Positions 17,081-27,695 of a stretch of 64,000 bases of DNA are shown here, piece after piece (the stretch's first letter is position 1; every line of letters starts with the position of its first letter). The notes under the pieces were generated by a model that saw only the letters and a program-made list of their open reading frames with translations, was not told the DNA's origin and searched no databases. Source of the stretch: Desulfobacterales bacterium. Its GTDB lineage: Bacteria > Desulfobacterota > Desulfobacteria > Desulfobacterales > UBA2174. The stretch spans positions 128,001-192,000 of the forward strand of contig CAXXWC010000003.1 in NCBI GenBank assembly GCA_963668645.2, in the 5' to 3' direction. The translations under genes and the position numbers were made by a program.

Positions 17081-19993
17081 TCAAACATCGAGCAGCGGCT
17101 TTCCCTGGCCCTCCCCGCCTTTGACAGACCCGTCCAGCACCTGCCTGACCTTTCTTGCCAGTCCCACGGGCGTAAAGGGTTTTTCTAGAAACACCAGACC
17201 CTTGTCCAGGACACCGTGGTGAACGATGGTGTTGTCCGTATAGCCCGACATGAAAATGACCTTGACCTCTGGCCGCAGCAGCTTGATCCGGTCCGCCAGA
17301 ACCTTGCCGCCCATGCCGGGCATGACCACGTCGGTGATCAGTAGATGGATCGCCCCCTCATGTTCCTGGCAAATGCGCAGGGCCGCCGGGCCGTCCGCAG
17401 CGCCCAGGACCTGGTAGCCGTACATCGTCAAGCCCTTGATGGCCAGGTTCCGAACCATATCTTCGTCTTCCACCAGCAGAACGGTTTCATCGCCATCCAA
17501 GGTCTCCTTTACAGGTTTGGAGCGCTCTTCCTTACTATCGACCGTCCCGATGATTCGGGGCAGATAAATCTTGAAGGCGGTCCCCTTGCCCGGTTCGCTG
17601 TAAACCCAGATCAGGCCGTTGCTCTGCTTGACAATCCCATAAACGGTGGACAACCCCAGTCCGGTCCCTTTACCCTTTTCCTTGGTGGTGAAAAAAGGAT
17701 CGAAGATCTGATCCCGCACTTCCGCTGTCATGCCGATCCCCGTGTCGTTGACCGCCATCATGACATACGGACCCGGCGTCGATCCGACATGCATGCCCGC
17801 ATAGACTTCATCCAGATCCACGTTGAGCGTCTCGATGGTCAACATCCCGCCCCGGGGCATGGCGTCACGGGCATTGACGGCAAGGTTCATGATCACCTGC
17901 TCGATCTGCCCGACGTCGGCTTCCACCGGCCCCAGGTCCGGATCCAGGATCGCCTTCAGCTCGATATCCTCACCGATGATACGCCGGATCATTTTGTCAA
18001 TTTCCCCGATGACATGGTTCAGATAGATCACCTCCGGTTGAAGCACCTGTTTGCGGCTGAAAGCCAGCATCTGGCGAATCAGGCTGGCGGCCCGCTCTCC
18101 GGCCCCCATGACCTCCTGAATCATCTCGCGAAGCCCGTCATTGATGTCCATTTCGGCAAGAGCCAATTCCGCATTTCCGAGCATCGTCGTCAACAGGTTG
18201 TTGAAGTCATGGGCGATGCCACCGGTCAGCCGGCCTATCGCCTCAAGCTTCTGGGCTTGCAGCAATTGGTTCTGTAATTGCTGGCATTCTTCCGCCGCCA
18301 TCTTGCGGCGGGTCACATCTCTGAAGGCGCCGAGCAGATAGCGGCGCCCTTCCAGCTCCAGCGGGGCCGCGTTTATGTCGGCGGGAAAGACGCTCCCGTC
18401 CTTTCGCGCTACCGGGATATCCTCGGCCAGAGTGAACTGGCCACTTAACTGTTTTTCAAATTGGGATCTGACCTGGTCCAAAAGCTCGGGCGGATGGATG
18501 TCGGCAACGCCGATGGTGGTGATCTCCTCGTCACGATAGCCGAGCATTTTACAGATCATGCTGTTGGCCATCACAAAACGGCCCGATTCGGCCTCCGCCA
18601 GCAACAACCCGTCGCTGGTCGTCTGAAAAATGGTCTGAAGAAAGCGTTCGGATCGCTGGCGCGCGGCCTCGACTTCCATCGTATGCAAAGCAAAGCCGAG
18701 GTCCACGGCGGTCTCGCTCAGCAGGAAGGCCTCTTCAGGATCTGCGGCAAAAGCCTTGGATACCGAGACGCCCAGATAGCCAAAGACAAGGTCGTCATAT
18801 TGCAGCGGAACATTCATGGCGGCATTGCCGGTATAAACCTGCGCCAGGGGACAGCCCCGGCAGTCGTTCCTCGGGCTGTCAACCACGGCCAGGCCGCCGG
18901 CATTCCAACTGAGCCGGCAGCACAGGGGCATCTTGCCGGTCCGCAAAGGCTCAAGCAGCGCTTCGAAGAGACGCTTTTCGAAGCCTGCGCAAGCGCCCTG
19001 CATCTCGCCGGTGGAGCCGGCGTTCAAAACGATCCAGGCCCCCGAAAAGCCGCGTGAGGCGACCAGACTGTCGCAGGCCCCCTGGATGAGGGCCGAGGGC
19101 CGCTTTTCGTGAACGATGAGCTGATTGATATCCCGGATGGAGCGCAACACCGCGTTGAGGTGCCGTTCCCGGGTCCGGATCCGCTCGCGCTCGATCAATA
19201 CGCCCAACTGCCGGGCAATGTCGTCCAGCAGCGATCGTTCCTCTTCGCTGAATGGACCCTCATGCGGCCCTGACCGCTCTTCGAGGTAGCCGACCTCCAC
19301 CAGACCGGCACGGTCACTGTGCAGCACGATATCGGCACGCTGTTTCCACGGGGTGTCCTGGAAATTGGCGGTTGAAAATTCATCCGCGCCAACGATGATG
19401 CGTGCCCAGGCGATCTCGGGATAACGCCAGCCTTGTGGTATGAGTGCCACGGCCTGCTCCAGAGCCTTTTGGATGGAGCGACATGGGGCCGCTACGAGGT
19501 TGGAAATGGCGTACAGGCATCGGATCTCATTGACCCGCGCGCTCAGCTCGGCGGTGCGCTCCCTTACAAGGTCATCCAAGCGGTCGCGATGGCGTTGCAG
19601 CTCCTGGCGATATCCGTCGAGTTCAAGAAACAGATTGACTTTGCATAGGAGCACCTCGGCGGTGTAAGGCTTGACAATGTAGTCGATACCACCAGCGGCG
19701 TAGCCGTCGAACATATGCCGTTCGTCGGCACAGAAAGCCGTAACGAAGATGATCGGTATGGTCCGGGTTTTTTGATCCCGGCGCAGGTGTTCGGCCAGTT
19801 CGTATCCGTTCATCTCCGGCATCATCACGTCCAGGATCGCCACCGCAAAATCGTGATCCAGCGTAGCGGCCAGAGCCTGGTTACCCGAAGTGGCCTCGAT
19901 GAGGTCGGCGTCCAGGCGAGAAAGGACCCGCCTCAGGGCAACCAGATTTTCCCTGCGGTCATCGACGATCAGAATCTTCTGGCGTTGCTCCAT
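17081..19993 (-). CDS. Hybrid sensor histidine kinase (REC-GAF-PAS-HisKA-HATPase-REC)
   Basis: N-terminal ILIVDD/LDVMMP, AHDFNNLL H-box, NLAVNARDAM, FFTTK..GTGLGL, C-terminal TDVVMP receiver. Confidence 0.93.
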   Translation of the reverse strand: MEQRQKILIVDDRRENLVALRRVLSRLDADLIEATSGNQALAATLDHDFAVAILDVMMPEMNGYELAEHLRRDQKTRTIPIIFVTAFCADERHMFDGYAAGGIDYIVKPYTAEVLLCKVNLFLELDGYRQELQRHRDRLDDLVRERTAELSARVNEIRCLYAISNLVAAPCRSIQKALEQAVALIPQGWRYPEIAWARIIVGADEFSTANFQDTPWKQRADIVLHSDRAGLVEVGYLEERSGPHEGPFSEEERSLLDDIARQLGVLIERERIRTRERHLNAVLRSIRDINQLIVHEKRPSALIQGACDSLVASRGFSGAWIVLNAGSTGEMQGACAGFEKRLFEALLEPLRTGKMPLCCRLSWNAGGLAVVDSPRNDCRGCPLAQVYTGNAAMNVPLQYDDLVFGYLGVSVSKAFAADPEEAFLLSETAVDLGFALHTMEVEAARQRSERFLQTIFQTTSDGLLLAEAESGRFVMANSMICKMLGYRDEEITTIGVADIHPPELLDQVRSQFEKQLSGQFTLAEDIPVARKDGSVFPADINAAPLELEGRRYLLGAFRDVTRRKMAAEECQQLQNQLLQAQKLEAIGRLTGGIAHDFNNLLTTMLGNAELALAEMDINDGLREMIQEVMGAGERAASLIRQMLAFSRKQVLQPEVIYLNHVIGEIDKMIRRIIGEDIELKAILDPDLGPVEADVGQIEQVIMNLAVNARDAMPRGGMLTIETLNVDLDEVYAGMHVGSTPGPYVMMAVNDTGIGMTAEVRDQIFDPFFTTKEKGKGTGLGLSTVYGIVKQSNGLIWVYSEPGKGTAFKIYLPRIIGTVDSKEERSKPVKETLDGDETVLLVEDEDMVRNLAIKGLTMYGYQVLGAADGPAALRICQEHEGAIHLLITDVVMPGMGGKVLADRIKLLRPEVKVIFMSGYTDNTIVHHGVLDKGLVFLEKPFTPVGLARKVRQVLDGSVKGGEGQGKPLLDV

Positions 19994-20349
19994 TTACGCA
20001 CCCTTTCAGATCGGCTCCCATAAGGCTGGGGTTCTCCCGCAGCCGTCCGGCAGCCAACGCGTGCAGCGGGGATGGAATATTTCTGCTTTCTCAATGGCCA
20101 TTATCGATAAAGCCATAGGCGTATCATGGACGTCAGCCGATGGAGCCCACCGGTTTCGGCGGATAATCGTTCGCTCCGGCAGAGCGATCAGGATTTTGAT
20201 CAGAGATCTAAAAATTGCTGTGGTTTTATTTGAATTAAGCCATGTTATGAACATATATCCAGATCAATCGGAAGCGCAAGCGGGAAAAGCCTCTCGGCCT
20301 TGGCGGCAAACGAGTCGTTCTCCGGCCCGGCGCACAGGGCCAGCCAGCC

Positions 20350-22959
20350 TTACATCTTCACCGGCGTGCAATCCGGCTCCAGGGCGTAGTTGCCCGCCAG
20401 AAAGCAGGCGGCCATGCTCTCGACCAGGTCCTCGTTATGCATCAACATGTCCATCTGGCGGGTATAGATCAGCAGCCGGCCGAGTTGATCGAGCTTTTCC
20501 AGCAGCACGGAAGTCTCCTGCTTGGCCAGGCGCGCCGCGACCCGGTCGCCGGTGGTGTCAACGAGAAAATCCATGGCCGTCAGCACCCGCTCGATGACTC
20601 GCACGCGCCGGTTGCGCCGGGTATCGTCCGCAGCGCCGCCCTTGAACTCGAAGTTGATATAGTTCTTGGCCGTGGTCTCACCGCAGTAACTGTCCAGAAT
20701 GCTGTAATGGTATCCGACCCGGGAGCTGAAGTTCATGTAGACATCGCTGATGATGGCGTAGCTGCGATCGCCGAAGCGCCCCCCTTCAAGCTGGGGGCTG
20801 TCGAGCATCTGGCGGCTCATCACGCTTAAAAATCCCCCCAGATTCACCGGCCGCGGCTCCCGGCCGCGCAGCCCCTCATGGAGCATCCCCTTGAGCAGGG
20901 CTCCGAAAGGCGCCGAAACCACCGCTTCGGCCCGCACCGCAGCCACGGCCGTGGCATCCACGTTCAGCCCGCCGCCCAGATCGATGAGAAACAGGTCGAT
21001 GGGAATCGCAGCGGCCAGGCGCACCGAGAGCTGGCCGCGCTCGGTGACCAGGTCCCCGAGCTGGAAGATCTCACCGTAGGACTTTTCATGGATGAACCGG
21101 ATGATATCATGGATCGTGCGGCAATTTTCAGACTTGAAGCGGCTCGATTTCGGATCCACAAGGTATAGCGGTACGATCAGGTCGGCACGCCGCCTCAGGG
21201 CCTGATATTCCGGCGTGCTGCGCAGCGGTGCGCCGCGGCCCGTGTCCACTTCATCGAGCAGGGACTCCACCCGGCCCTCGTAGATCCGCCCGCTGTAAGC
21301 ATCCACCGTCACCACCCCACCGGGGGCCAGGCAGCGCGTGACATCCTTGAGGTTCAAGATGGTCGGCACCATGTACTCGCGGGCCAGGGATGCCATGTGC
21401 CCGGCCAGGTTGCCGGCATCGGCCACGATGGCGCGGGCCCGGTCCATCACCATCACCAGTTGCGGCGAACTGTGAGCCGAAACCAGCACGGCCCCGTCTG
21501 GAAAAGCGAGCAAGTCCTTTTCTGTGCGCACGGTAAAGGCCGGTCCGGCCCCGACCCCGGGGCAAGCCACCTCGCCGCCCTCCATCAGCACCGGGTATCC
21601 GGCCACCGGCGGCCTGCGCCGCCGCAGCTCGCCGCCGGTGGCCTCGATCCGCAGCGGGCGGGTCTGAAGGATCACCAGATCCCCGTTTTCAGCCAAGGCC
21701 CATTCCACGTCCTGGGCCACCCCGAAATGCGCCTCCAGGCGCAATCCCCACCCGGCCAGAAGCCTGGCCTGGTCCTGACTCAGACAGGGACGGGCGCTCT
21801 GGTCCGGGTCCACCGGAATTTCGGCCACGTCCCCTCCATGGTGGGCGCAAAGCTGAACCGCCTTGGCCGTCACGGCCCAGTCTTCCAGCGGCAGGTCCGA
21901 AGTCTTGCCGAATACGTAGCTGTCCGGCGCCACCACCCCGTCCACGGCATAGGGGCCCAAGCCCCAAACCGCCTTTATGATGATGCGCTCTTGCAGTCCG
22001 TCCAACGGATCGCGGGTATACATCACTCCGCTGGCCCTGGCGCCGATCATCTCCTGGCAGGCCACGGCCATGGCCGCGGCCTGGAAGGGAAACCCCATAT
22101 GCAATCGGTAGGCGATGGCCCGAGCCGAAAAGAGACTGGCCACGATCTCCTTGTAAGCCTCTAAAATCCGTTCCTGCGGAACGTTGAGCCGGGTCAGGTA
22201 TTGGCCGGCAAAGGAAAGGGAGGAATCCTCGCCGATGGCCGAGGAGCGCACGGAAAAATGGATGCCCGTCCCGTTGCCGGCACCGCAGAGCCGATCCACC
22301 GCCGCTTGGATTTCACCCGCCAGGTCCCGAGGGATCTCGGCATCCATCAGCTGGCTCCGGATTTCTTCACCCACCTGAACAATGGTCTCGGTCTCGTAGA
22401 TATCGAGCTTCTGTTTGTGGCGATCCACCGCTTCGGCCAGGCGGTTGTGGTCGATAAAGCGGTCGAAGGCGGTGGTGGTGACGGCAAACCCGTTGGGGGT
22501 GTTCAATCCCAGACGATTGCGCACTTCGCAGATATTAGCGTTCTTCGGGCCTACCGAGGCAGCCATCTCCCGGGTAATCCCATCGTAGTCCAGGACCAGC
22601 TCTTCGACCCGCGCGACCCTGGATTCCCCTTGGTCGAGCTTGATGGCTTCCTGGATCCGTTCCAGGACGCGGTGCAATCCGGCTTGAGGCCGGTCGGCCA
22701 TCGCTTCGAAGCACTGGATCATGCGGCCGGCATGGAAGATGGCGCGCATCGAGGCCGCTTCGATATAGCCGGCGCCGAAAACCATCTGCCCGCGCAGTTT
22801 GGTCTCGATATCGGCGATGATCTTGAGCAGCTCGGCATTGGATTCCAGGAGGATTTTGAAGTTGGCATACTTGGCGCGAAACGCCGCCATGAGTCGCTCA
22901 CGCCGTTGCCCGGCCGAAGCCCGCGGCTTTTTAAACCACTTGCACACCGCCCACGCCAT
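20350..22959 (-). CDS. PEP-synthase-like protein (ATP-grasp PEP/pyruvate-binding domain + mobile His domain + atypical C-terminus)
   Basis: VRSSAIGED..SFAGQY, SGVMYT, QDVEWA, ILQTRPL, GNLAGHMASLARE phospho-His motif; start uncertain. Confidence 0.85.
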   Translation of the reverse strand: MAWAVCKWFKKPRASAGQRRERLMAAFRAKYANFKILLESNAELLKIIADIETKLRGQMVFGAGYIEAASMRAIFHAGRMIQCFEAMADRPQAGLHRVLERIQEAIKLDQGESRVARVEELVLDYDGITREMAASVGPKNANICEVRNRLGLNTPNGFAVTTTAFDRFIDHNRLAEAVDRHKQKLDIYETETIVQVGEEIRSQLMDAEIPRDLAGEIQAAVDRLCGAGNGTGIHFSVRSSAIGEDSSLSFAGQYLTRLNVPQERILEAYKEIVASLFSARAIAYRLHMGFPFQAAAMAVACQEMIGARASGVMYTRDPLDGLQERIIIKAVWGLGPYAVDGVVAPDSYVFGKTSDLPLEDWAVTAKAVQLCAHHGGDVAEIPVDPDQSARPCLSQDQARLLAGWGLRLEAHFGVAQDVEWALAENGDLVILQTRPLRIEATGGELRRRRPPVAGYPVLMEGGEVACPGVGAGPAFTVRTEKDLLAFPDGAVLVSAHSSPQLVMVMDRARAIVADAGNLAGHMASLAREYMVPTILNLKDVTRCLAPGGVVTVDAYSGRIYEGRVESLLDEVDTGRGAPLRSTPEYQALRRRADLIVPLYLVDPKSSRFKSENCRTIHDIIRFIHEKSYGEIFQLGDLVTERGQLSVRLAAAIPIDLFLIDLGGGLNVDATAVAAVRAEAVVSAPFGALLKGMLHEGLRGREPRPVNLGGFLSVMSRQMLDSPQLEGGRFGDRSYAIISDVYMNFSSRVGYHYSILDSYCGETTAKNYINFEFKGGAADDTRRNRRVRVIERVLTAMDFLVDTTGDRVAARLAKQETSVLLEKLDQLGRLLIYTRQMDMLMHNEDLVESMAACFLAGNYALEPDCTPVKM

Positions 22960-23041
22960 GATCTGTTTTCCCGTAGTGGCCCGCTGTTGCGGGGTTAAGC
23001 CCAGGTCTAAAGGCGCCGTTGGCCGCGCCGGTGGCAAAACG

Positions 23042-25564
23042 TCAGCCCGACTGCCCCCCCGGCGCATCTTCGCGACCTCCGGGTGAGACAAGCACATACC
23101 GGGTCGCCGGTCCCCGACCCACGCGTTGGAGCATCCCTTTTTTCACCAAATCCGACAGATCGTAAACTGCCGTGCGCCGCGGCACGTTGCCGGCCAATCG
23201 CTGGTAGTCGGCCCGGGTGATTTGCCCGGCCTCCTGAATCATGGACCAGACCCGCGACTGGCGGGAATTCAGGCCGACGGCCGACAGATCCGAAGGTGGC
23301 CTGTATTCCCGGGGGCTGGGTGCTGCCACCAGCGGCAGATCTTGCAGGGCCGCGACTTCAGGCGCCTCCGGCACATCGCCTTCCAGGTAGACATCCCCGG
23401 CCTGGATTACGTTGGTTTCGGCCATCACGGCCGCTCGCAGCATGCAATGCTTCAACTCCCGCACGTTGCCCGGCCAATCGTAGCGGCGCAGCTTCTCCAG
23501 GGCCCCCCGGCTCAAAGTCAGCCCCTGGATGCCCCGCGCATGGGCCGTCTCCTGGAGAAAATGACGCGCCATCAAAGGGATGTCTTCCTTGTGGGAACGC
23601 AGCGGCGGCGTCTCGATGGTGATCACCTTCAAACGAAAATAGAGATCCTCACGAAATCGCTGGGCTTCGATAAGGGCCTTGAGATCGACATTCGAAGCCG
23701 CCACGATGCGCACATCCACCGCAAACTCCCGGTCGCTGCCCAAAGGCACGATGCGCCGGGCCGCCAGTACCCGCAGCAGGGCCTGCTGCACCCTGGGAGA
23801 GGCGGCTTGAATCTCGTCAAGGAAGAGTGTGCCGCCATCGGCCTCGAGAAACGCACCCTTGCGATCGGTGCGGGCCTCGGTAAAAGCGCCCCGGGTATGG
23901 CCGAAAAGGGTATCCAGCAGCAGGTTCTCATCCAGGGCGCCGCAGTTGATGGCCACGAAGGGCCGGTTGACACGCCGGCTCAAGCGGTGGATCGCCTCGG
24001 CGGTCAGCTCCTTGCCCGTTCCCGTTTCGCCCAGAACAAGAACGTCCACCTCGACTTCGGCAGCCTTGAGGATTTCCCGCTTGAGCCGTTCGAACAGCGC
24101 GCCGCTGCCCAGCAGATGGGATAACGGATCGTTTTCAGCCGTGGCGCCCATGATGCTGGCTTCCAGCTCCCAGGCCACCTCCTTCATCGTGGCATGGGCG
24201 ATGGCCTGGTCCTTGACGCGGATCTCCTCCATCTGGGTCTTCAAGGTGCCGATCATCCGATTGATGGCGCTCTGGAGCGCTTCGACTTCCAGCCCCCTTA
24301 CCGGCACTGCGATCGGCACCATCCTTCCGGACTCCTGGATCGATTGCACTTCCTGTGCCAAACGCAGCATCGGGCCGGTCACCGTCCGGCCGAGAACAAA
24401 AATCAAAAGGGCCACCAGAAAGGCGGAACTTACCGTAATCAAAAAGATGATATCGACCTGTTTGTAGCCGGCCAACAGGGTCAGACGGCTCACATCCACG
24501 TAGGCCAAACCGGCGTAAACCACCGGTGGATTTTCAGCCCGGGTGTAAAAGCGGATCGGGGTGTAGGCCAGATAGTGTTCCTTTTGTCCCCGCGGTAAAT
24601 CCCCGGGTTCTTCGGGCCGCTTCAATCCGAACTGCCCGTCGCGCACTTCACGAATCATCTTCCAAAAATAGCCGTAGCGGGCCGCGGGTCTGAAGGCTTC
24701 GGGCAAGCCCGGCCGCCCCAGCGTGCCCTCGATGCCGGTGCGGGCCTGGTAGGTGGACAGCTCCACTTCGGGTCTGGCCGGATCTTCGCTTTGAAATAGA
24801 ATCCATCCGTCCAGATCGAACAGGTAGCTGTAGCGCACTTCCGGGGTGCGAGGATAGGACCAGATGGGTGACTGGGGGCTGTTGTAGAGCGAAAGCAGGT
24901 TGCGAACACGGCTCAAATCCACCGCCAACAGCACGTAACCGGAAAAAGCGCCGTCCGGGGACCAGAGCCGGGTCGCCAAGACGATGATGTGCGTCAGGAT
25001 CTTGCGATTGGGATTGTCCGGGGTCGGAAAGACATACTGGGCCTCGTTGACCGGCGATATCCACACCTCGCCCGGATCCAATTGCTTGAAACGGTCCAGC
25101 AGGAGGAATGGATCCGGCCGCATTTGCGCGATTCCCTCTGGCACAACCTGCACGATCTCGCCTTTTTCCGCCACCCAAAAACGATGCCCTCCCCCGGATT
25201 GCGCAATATAGCCGATAGCGCGGTATTCGCCCCCATCGGTTCGCGCCATCCGGCTGAGTATCTCTCCGAAGCGGGGAAGATCTTCAGGATTACGGGCAAA
25301 ATAGAGCAAATCATGGCGATATCGGGCCAACGTCAATTCCACATCCCGAGCCATGGCGCGCGTCTGAAGTTTGACGGAGCGTTCGAGGGCCGTACCGATA
25401 AACTGGTAGGAGACCATGTGGGTCAGATACCCGGTGATCATGATGATCACCATCACCGGCGGGATCACCCATAGGACCAGCCTGGAAGTCAAGCTATTGG
25501 TTTTAAACCCACTTTTTACCGGCATAAAATTCACAAGACGTCGGTAGGACTCTAGAATCGACAT
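23042..25564 (-). CDS. Membrane-anchored sigma-54 activator (TM-periplasmic sensor-TM-HAMP-AAA+-winged HTH)
   Basis: Two hydrophobic helices flanking a ~320 aa region, GETGTGKE, GAFTEA, FLDEIQ, WPGNVREL; GGAGG RBS. Confidence 0.85.
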   Translation of the reverse strand: MSILESYRRLVNFMPVKSGFKTNSLTSRLVLWVIPPVMVIIMITGYLTHMVSYQFIGTALERSVKLQTRAMARDVELTLARYRHDLLYFARNPEDLPRFGEILSRMARTDGGEYRAIGYIAQSGGGHRFWVAEKGEIVQVVPEGIAQMRPDPFLLLDRFKQLDPGEVWISPVNEAQYVFPTPDNPNRKILTHIIVLATRLWSPDGAFSGYVLLAVDLSRVRNLLSLYNSPQSPIWSYPRTPEVRYSYLFDLDGWILFQSEDPARPEVELSTYQARTGIEGTLGRPGLPEAFRPAARYGYFWKMIREVRDGQFGLKRPEEPGDLPRGQKEHYLAYTPIRFYTRAENPPVVYAGLAYVDVSRLTLLAGYKQVDIIFLITVSSAFLVALLIFVLGRTVTGPMLRLAQEVQSIQESGRMVPIAVPVRGLEVEALQSAINRMIGTLKTQMEEIRVKDQAIAHATMKEVAWELEASIMGATAENDPLSHLLGSGALFERLKREILKAAEVEVDVLVLGETGTGKELTAEAIHRLSRRVNRPFVAINCGALDENLLLDTLFGHTRGAFTEARTDRKGAFLEADGGTLFLDEIQAASPRVQQALLRVLAARRIVPLGSDREFAVDVRIVAASNVDLKALIEAQRFREDLYFRLKVITIETPPLRSHKEDIPLMARHFLQETAHARGIQGLTLSRGALEKLRRYDWPGNVRELKHCMLRAAVMAETNVIQAGDVYLEGDVPEAPEVAALQDLPLVAAPSPREYRPPSDLSAVGLNSRQSRVWSMIQEAGQITRADYQRLAGNVPRRTAVYDLSDLVKKGMLQRVGRGPATRYVLVSPGGREDAPGGQSG

Positions 25565-25665
25565 GCCGTGCCTCCGGTTTAACCGGTTGGGAAGTCAGAT
25601 CCACACGCTTTTCATTCTCACATCACGGGCCGGATTGGCAAGCCTTAATCGCGCAAATTCAGGCA

Positions 25666-25681
25666 TGGCATCTTTCTTGCT
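25666..25681 (+). promoter_or_regulatory. Sigma-54 promoter of the DVU0150-TauE operon
   Basis: TGGCATCTTTCTTGCT with GG-N10-GC spacing, divergent from the bEBP gene. Confidence 0.85.
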
Positions 25682-25805
25682 GTAACAACAGCCAACAGCA
25701 TACGTGACGGTTGCGGCGAGATACAAGGTGCCTGCTTGCGGCAATCGCGCTACCGAAAGATGGTTGGCAAAAGACATCGTTAAAACAAAAGGAGAGAGGG
25801 GACCG

Positions 25806-26108
25806 ATGAAAAAGCCGAGCAAAAAACTGATGACCGGCCTTATCCTGATGTTGCTCCTGGCCCCTGGCCTGGCCTGGGCAGGAGGTGGCGGCGGTGCAAC
25901 CGAACTGGTGGTGGTGGCCGACACCCGGGTGATCACCAACGACGCGTTGCGCTACTTTGCGGATCTTTACAATACGAATGTGACCCTCTTTGCGGGCTGG
26001 GCAGTGGTCTTGACCGCGGCTTACGGAGCCTTTCTCGGTTTTCTGATGGACGCGATCATGAAACGTACCGGCATCGATTTGAGCAAGCGCACCATCGTGG
26101 AACATTGA
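25806..26108 (+). CDS. DVU0150-family membrane protein
   Basis: Signal peptide, LVVVADTR, LYN, GFLMD..MKRTGIDL..R...EH. Confidence 0.8.
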   Translation: MKKPSKKLMTGLILMLLLAPGLAWAGGGGGATELVVVADTRVITNDALRYFADLYNTNVTLFAGWAVVLTAAYGAFLGFLMDAIMKRTGIDLSKRTIVEH

Positions 26109-26170
26109 CGCGCAAACCGGAAGTCTTCCGGCCGCGCTGGCGCGGCCTCTAATCGACAAGGAGAAGATAT

Positions 26171-27211
26171 ATGGATACGGCAAGCTGGCTTTATATGTAC
26201 ATGCCCATCGCCGGGGTGAACATCTTCTGGCCCGGTCTGGTGCTGATCGGTTTTTCGGTGGGGGTCATCGGAGGCTTTTTCGGCATGGGCGGGGCCTGGA
26301 TGGTCACCCCCGGCCTGAACATCCTCGGCTTTCCCATGGCGTTCGCCATCGGTACCGACATCGCCCACATCGCGGGCAAATCGATGATTTCCACCATCCG
26401 CCACAGCAAATTCGGCAACGTGGACTACAAGCTCGGCATGGTGATGCTGGTGGGCACGATGATCGGCATCGAGTGCGGTGCACAGATCATCATGTACCTC
26501 GAACGGCTGGGCAACGTCGGTTCGGTGGTCCGCTGGGTTTACGTCGGGTTCCTGGCCCTGATCGCCTGGATGGTATTTTACGACTACTATAAGGCGGTGT
26601 CCAAGAAAAAGGCCGGAGTGGTGGACGGCGAGCACGGCACCGAGGGGATCACCTGGTATAAGACCTTGCACAAGATCAAGATACCGCCCATGGTGCACTT
26701 TAAAAACGCCGGGTTTGTCTGCTCGGCCTGGCTGCCGATTTTCGTCAGCTTCCTCACCGGCGTCCTGGCCGGTTTCCTCGGTATCGGCGGCGGGTTGCTG
26801 CGCATGCCGGCCCTGGTCTATCTGATCGGCTGCCCGACCCATATCGCGGTGGGTACCGACCTGTTCGAGGTCATGATCTCGGGCCTGTACGGGGCGTTCA
26901 CGTATTCGCTCAAGGGGCGTATCGAGCTGGTGGCGGTCTTCGTTATGCTCACCGGCGCGGCCATCGGCGCCCAGATCGGCACCGTGGCCACCAAGTACGC
27001 CAAAGGCTACGGGATCCGCATCGCCTTCGGAATCGCGGTGCTGTGCTGCATGATCTCCATTATACTGAAGCAATTCGGCTTTTCAGCATCGGCGGCCGTC
27101 TTGATCCTCGGCACCATCTCGGTGATCTGCCTTTACATCATGAAGATCATGTTCATGGGGGCAGCAGAGGAATTGCGCGAAAAGAAGAGCCGTGAACAAT
27201 CCGGTGCCTGA
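26171..27211 (+). CDS. TauE/SafE-family sulfite-exporter-like membrane protein
   Basis: Duplicated GFFGMGGA / GFLGIGGG motifs, AIGTD/AVGTD, highly hydrophobic; GGAG RBS. Confidence 0.88.
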   Translation: MDTASWLYMYMPIAGVNIFWPGLVLIGFSVGVIGGFFGMGGAWMVTPGLNILGFPMAFAIGTDIAHIAGKSMISTIRHSKFGNVDYKLGMVMLVGTMIGIECGAQIIMYLERLGNVGSVVRWVYVGFLALIAWMVFYDYYKAVSKKKAGVVDGEHGTEGITWYKTLHKIKIPPMVHFKNAGFVCSAWLPIFVSFLTGVLAGFLGIGGGLLRMPALVYLIGCPTHIAVGTDLFEVMISGLYGAFTYSLKGRIELVAVFVMLTGAAIGAQIGTVATKYAKGYGIRIAFGIAVLCCMISIILKQFGFSASAAVLILGTISVICLYIMKIMFMGAAEELREKKSREQSGA

Positions 27212-27253
27212 CGCCATCGGCCCGCTTACCCAGCATAAAGGAGCGAATCGACC

Positions 27254-27589
27254 ATGAAAACCAAGACCCTTGCACTCATAGCGGCCCTGTTGGCGGTCTT
27301 TTGGCTGGGCTCCACGGCCCTGGCTTCGGAAGTCAGCCAGGGCAAGACCCTCTTTTTCGACGCCGCAGGAAACAAGATCCAGATCGAAGAGTACGACACC
27401 AATTTTTCCCCGTCGGCCCCCTACGGGGAACCGACCGGGATCGTGAGCGAATACGACCTGTCCAAAGCCAAGGTCGGCATCCATCCGGACAATGGGGATG
27501 TGGTGCGCATCGCCTATCGCATCGACGGTGACAGCAAGATGGCGCTCAAGGTGATGAACGTTTCCAAGCAGGACCTGCGTAAAAAATAG
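27254..27589 (+). CDS. Small exported protein of unknown function
   Basis: Signal peptide ending ALA; AAGGAG RBS; host-like codon usage. Confidence 0.75.
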   Translation: MKTKTLALIAALLAVFWLGSTALASEVSQGKTLFFDAAGNKIQIEEYDTNFSPSAPYGEPTGIVSEYDLSKAKVGIHPDNGDVVRIAYRIDGDSKMALKVMNVSKQDLRKK

Positions 27590-27695
27590 CTTCATCGTCG
27601 CGCTGGACTCAACGGGGCGGGTAACGGCCGGCCGGTTTCCGAAAACCGCCAAACGCGCCCGCCCCTTACCCCCAACCTACCCGGAGTGAAAAACC

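Noticed and set aside
20006..20254. 82-aa ORF in an AT-richer stretch upstream of the hybrid kinase
   Set aside because: No motif and atypical codon usage; more likely a promoter region.
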